From Candidatus Anstonellales archaeon (GTDB taxonomy: Archaea > Micrarchaeota > Micrarchaeia > Anstonellales > J096): DNA of 64,000 bases. Numbering within the stretch: the stretch's first letter is position 1; every line of letters begins with the position of its first letter. This document shows positions 61,394 to 64,000 of the stretch, in pieces. Both the position numbers and the translations under genes were made by a program. The DNA is taken from assembly GCA_038890745.1 (NCBI GenBank), contig JAWAFD010000004.1:1-64000 (forward strand), written 5' to 3'. The notes under the pieces are model-generated. The model saw only the letters and a list, made by a program, of their open reading frames with translations, made no database searches and was not told where the DNA came from.

Positions 61394-62512
61394 ATGCACA
61401 GAAACAATTCAAAAAAGCCGAGGATTATAAACAATTCAGATAAAGTAATTCTTGCGCTTGAGGATTTTGTTTTTTCAGTCGGGCTTCGGAAGGATGGAAC
61501 AACATTCCATGTTGAAAAAAGAAAAATAGAAGAGGTCGTTCCTTCTATAAAAAAAGCACTAAAAAGAAAAAATATCCTCTGGCTTGATTATGTTGTTTCC
61601 GGAGATTTTAAAAAACAGGTTTTGAAATCCGCAAGACTTCTTGGGTTTAGCGAACTTCTCGTAAAAAATCTTCTCAAGGCAACTCGTGGAAATTACGAGG
61701 ATTTGGAAACTGAGATGGGCATTCTTCTGCCTGCTATGCGAGTGGAAGGGTTTGATGTAAAGATAAACCCCCTCCTCGTTCTCATAAGAGAAAACCTTAT
61801 TGTAACGATGCACACTGCAGAAGTTACAAGATTTTTCAGGCTTAGAAAGTATGCCGCAACCCTACTCAGAAAGTTTCCAAAAGACATGTCAAACAAGGAT
61901 AAGATAACGATGCTTCTTATAAGAATAATAGATGAGAACAACGCAAGAAATTTTGACTACCTAAGGGTGATAGAGGAGCATGGGGACAAGCTTAGCGCAA
62001 GGCTTGCGGACCCAAAGGCATCCCGGGCACTTATCAGCAAACAGATATATGATATGAAGCATGCGCTCGTGACCTATCTTGATGGCCTTTGGGCAACTAT
62101 AGACGTTCTCAGCGCCCTCAGGTACGGTGATGCAGACCTTCTTACAGATGATATAAAGATAATAGAAAGAATAAATGCTCTCAGCGTTGAGGTTAACGCG
62201 CAGATAGGGCTCGGTGAGCACATGAGCGAGGTTCTTGCAAGCGGGCTTGAGGTTATGCAGACAATATACAACAACCAGCTCCAGATGCTTAACAACAGGC
62301 TTTCACTACTTGTTGCGTATCTTACGATTGTGGGTACTGCTGTTCTCTTACCAAACACCCTTGCAACAATCCTGTCCAATCCTGTCTATGGGCTTGGTCC
62401 TGATGATATGTGGTGGTATAGCGGATTGATAATTGTTTCTACTGTTTTTGCGACGCTTGTTGCGTACTGGTGGGTAAAGAAGATGGGATGGCTGAAGGCG
62501 CTTCCGGAATGA
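61394..62512 (+). CDS. CorA-like divalent cation transporter (atypical signature)
   Basis: WLD motif, long helical funnel, NNQLQMLN before two C-terminal TMs. GMN is replaced by LSN. Start uncertain. Confidence 0.78.
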   Translation: MHRNNSKKPRIINNSDKVILALEDFVFSVGLRKDGTTFHVEKRKIEEVVPSIKKALKRKNILWLDYVVSGDFKKQVLKSARLLGFSELLVKNLLKATRGNYEDLETEMGILLPAMRVEGFDVKINPLLVLIRENLIVTMHTAEVTRFFRLRKYAATLLRKFPKDMSNKDKITMLLIRIIDENNARNFDYLRVIEEHGDKLSARLADPKASRALISKQIYDMKHALVTYLDGLWATIDVLSALRYGDADLLTDDIKIIERINALSVEVNAQIGLGEHMSEVLASGLEVMQTIYNNQLQMLNNRLSLLVAYLTIVGTAVLLPNTLATILSNPVYGLGPDDMWWYSGLIIVSTVFATLVAYWWVKKMGWLKALPE

Positions 62513-62517
62513 TTTTT

Positions 62518-63015
62518 ATGGTGGTATATACTCGTCAGGGTGATGATGGAGAAAGTTCTGTTGGAGGGCCTAAGATCCCGAAGCACGATTTAATATTTGA
62601 GGTGCTCGGAACTATAGATGAGTTAAACGCAGCTCTTGGGGTCGCTGCGCACAACTCTTCGCAAGTTCCCAAAAAAATTATCCCCCGCATCCAATCAAGG
62701 CTTTTTGATGTTTCTGCGTGTATAATAGGAAAGAAAAAGGAAAAATTTGATGGGGATGTAAAGGAAATGGAAAGGGTGATAGATGATATTGAAGCAAAGC
62801 TTCCCCCTATAAAATCATTCATTGCTCCTTCTGGGAATTCCTCTTATATTGATTTTGCGAGAACGGTTTGCAGGAGGGCTGAGAGAAGGATTGTTCTTTT
62901 TTCGCGCATTAATAAAATAGAGCCGAGCATTTTGAAATTCTTTAATCGGCTCTCGGATTTGCTTTTTGTTCTTGCAAGATATGAAGAGGAAAATAGTAGA
63001 AAAAATATTTTTTAG
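62518..63015 (+). CDS. pduO: ATP:cob(I)alamin adenosyltransferase (PduO type)
   Basis: YTRQGDDG, GTIDELNA, ARTVCRRAER, NRLSDLLFVLAR. Confidence 0.93.
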   Translation: MVVYTRQGDDGESSVGGPKIPKHDLIFEVLGTIDELNAALGVAAHNSSQVPKKIIPRIQSRLFDVSACIIGKKKEKFDGDVKEMERVIDDIEAKLPPIKSFIAPSGNSSYIDFARTVCRRAERRIVLFSRINKIEPSILKFFNRLSDLLFVLARYEEENSRKNIF

Positions 63016-63020
63016 GTGGC

Positions 63021-63069
63021 TCAGAAGCTACTCTGTTCATCATTCATCAGACTGGTGCGGTATCCTCAC
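63021..63069 (-). ncRNA. box C/D 2'-O-methylation guide sRNA
   Basis: GTGAGGA-TACCGCACCAGT-CTGA-TGA-ATGATGA-ACAGAGTAGCTT-CTGA; 12-nt guides; same D'/C' core as the sRNA at 30967. Confidence 0.9.
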
Positions 63070-63128
63070 AGCCAGGTATATTTAATGTGGAACTTGTTTA
63101 TTAATTTTTCTAATTATATAAATAATTT

Positions 63129-63827
63129 ATGGGGAGAGGTCTTGCAAAGATTGAGATTATCAAGATAAAAAATGCCGACCAGATTAAGCCCGTTGTACCA
63201 TACTTCCAAGAGCTTTCAAAATATGAAGAGCTTGAATGGCTGGACTATCCAAATATTCCAACCCTTATTAGAGGTGGGAAGGGTTTTCAGCTTGGAGAAG
63301 ATTTTACTCTTTATATGTATGTATGTGGAGGGGTTGTATACGGAAGCGCGTATGTTTCCAAACTCGGTAAATATTCAGTTTTTAATTTTCAAGACCAATT
63401 TTTTTTAAAAGAGATAGAAAAAAGAGAATTTACTGGTGTTTTTGTGCACCCGCTTTTAAGAGGAAACGGTATAGTTGGAAAATTTATTTCTACCGCTTTG
63501 GAAGATTATGATGAATTTCTTATATTGCCAAAAACAAAAAAGGAAGCAGCGCTTGAAGGTTTTAGAGTGCTTTCAGAAATAACCGGAATGTCGATTGAAA
63601 AAATAGAGGAGATATCCTTTCGCGGTACAGAATCATTCTACGAATACTTAAATAAATGTGATTTTGAAACTATTGTTAAGCAGCTGGAGAGGTACATCGG
63701 TGCGGTTGATGAGACTTCTGTTCCTATGGATGTTTGTGCAAAAAAGAGAGGTGTGTTCTTGGGGTATTCGTTTCCTTGGTTTGCTCCGGTGTATTTGGTG
63801 ACGCGCACGCAGAGAGAAAGCTTTTAA
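63129..63827 (+). CDS. putative GNAT-family acetyltransferase
   Basis: VFVHPLLRGNGIV resembles the acetyl-CoA-binding motif A. Confidence 0.6.
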   Translation: MGRGLAKIEIIKIKNADQIKPVVPYFQELSKYEELEWLDYPNIPTLIRGGKGFQLGEDFTLYMYVCGGVVYGSAYVSKLGKYSVFNFQDQFFLKEIEKREFTGVFVHPLLRGNGIVGKFISTALEDYDEFLILPKTKKEAALEGFRVLSEITGMSIEKIEEISFRGTESFYEYLNKCDFETIVKQLERYIGAVDETSVPMDVCAKKRGVFLGYSFPWFAPVYLVTRTQRESF

Positions 63828-64000
63828 AACAAAAACCTCAAATTTCCCCATGGAAACTTCCTATGCGCCTCTCTCTACATTAACTTTAAGAGCGTATGCG
63901 CATAAACTGAGGGAAAACGAATCATTCTGGAATGCTTTTCTTGTTTTTCTTGGGGCGTTGGGCATTCTCTCAGTCGCACCCTTTTATCCTCCTTATATCA

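Noticed and set aside
63828..64000. Window-end sequence
   Set aside because: Probably the last codons of a minus-strand gene ending near 63970 plus intergenic DNA; too little to call.

Overview
Chromosomal window from an archaeon, most consistent with a DPANN (Micrarchaeota-like) lineage; this placement is inferred from gene content and tRNA intron style. It is mostly housekeeping: pyrG, map, nnrD, ttuA/ncsA, ileS, a KaiC-like ATPase, rfcS, pelota, coaD, rad50, polB, gyrBA, cca, two purP, purN, rpoK, a DHH nuclease, archease and pduO, interleaved with orphan secreted and surface proteins. The most striking signal is non-coding. All three tRNA genes (Phe-GAA, Ser-GCT, Trp-CCA; all minus strand) carry bulge-helix-bulge introns at the non-canonical T-loop position 59/60, of 50, 169 and 407 nt. 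The Ser and Trp introns share a 98-bp, 97/98-identical segment in opposite orientations. Its core is an 81-bp element with 16-bp terminal inverted repeats, and an empty target site sits in the same Trp intron, suggesting a small mobile element that colonises tRNA introns. Also found: two box C/D sRNAs predicted to guide the Cm1402 (16S) and Gm2251 (23S) equivalents, each with a mismatch next to the target base; an unannotated ubiquitin-like protein lacking the C-terminal GG, coupled to ttuA; and an MNT-HEPN cassette with a broken HEPN gene between 31-bp direct repeats. All calls come from reading the sequence by eye; no searches were run.
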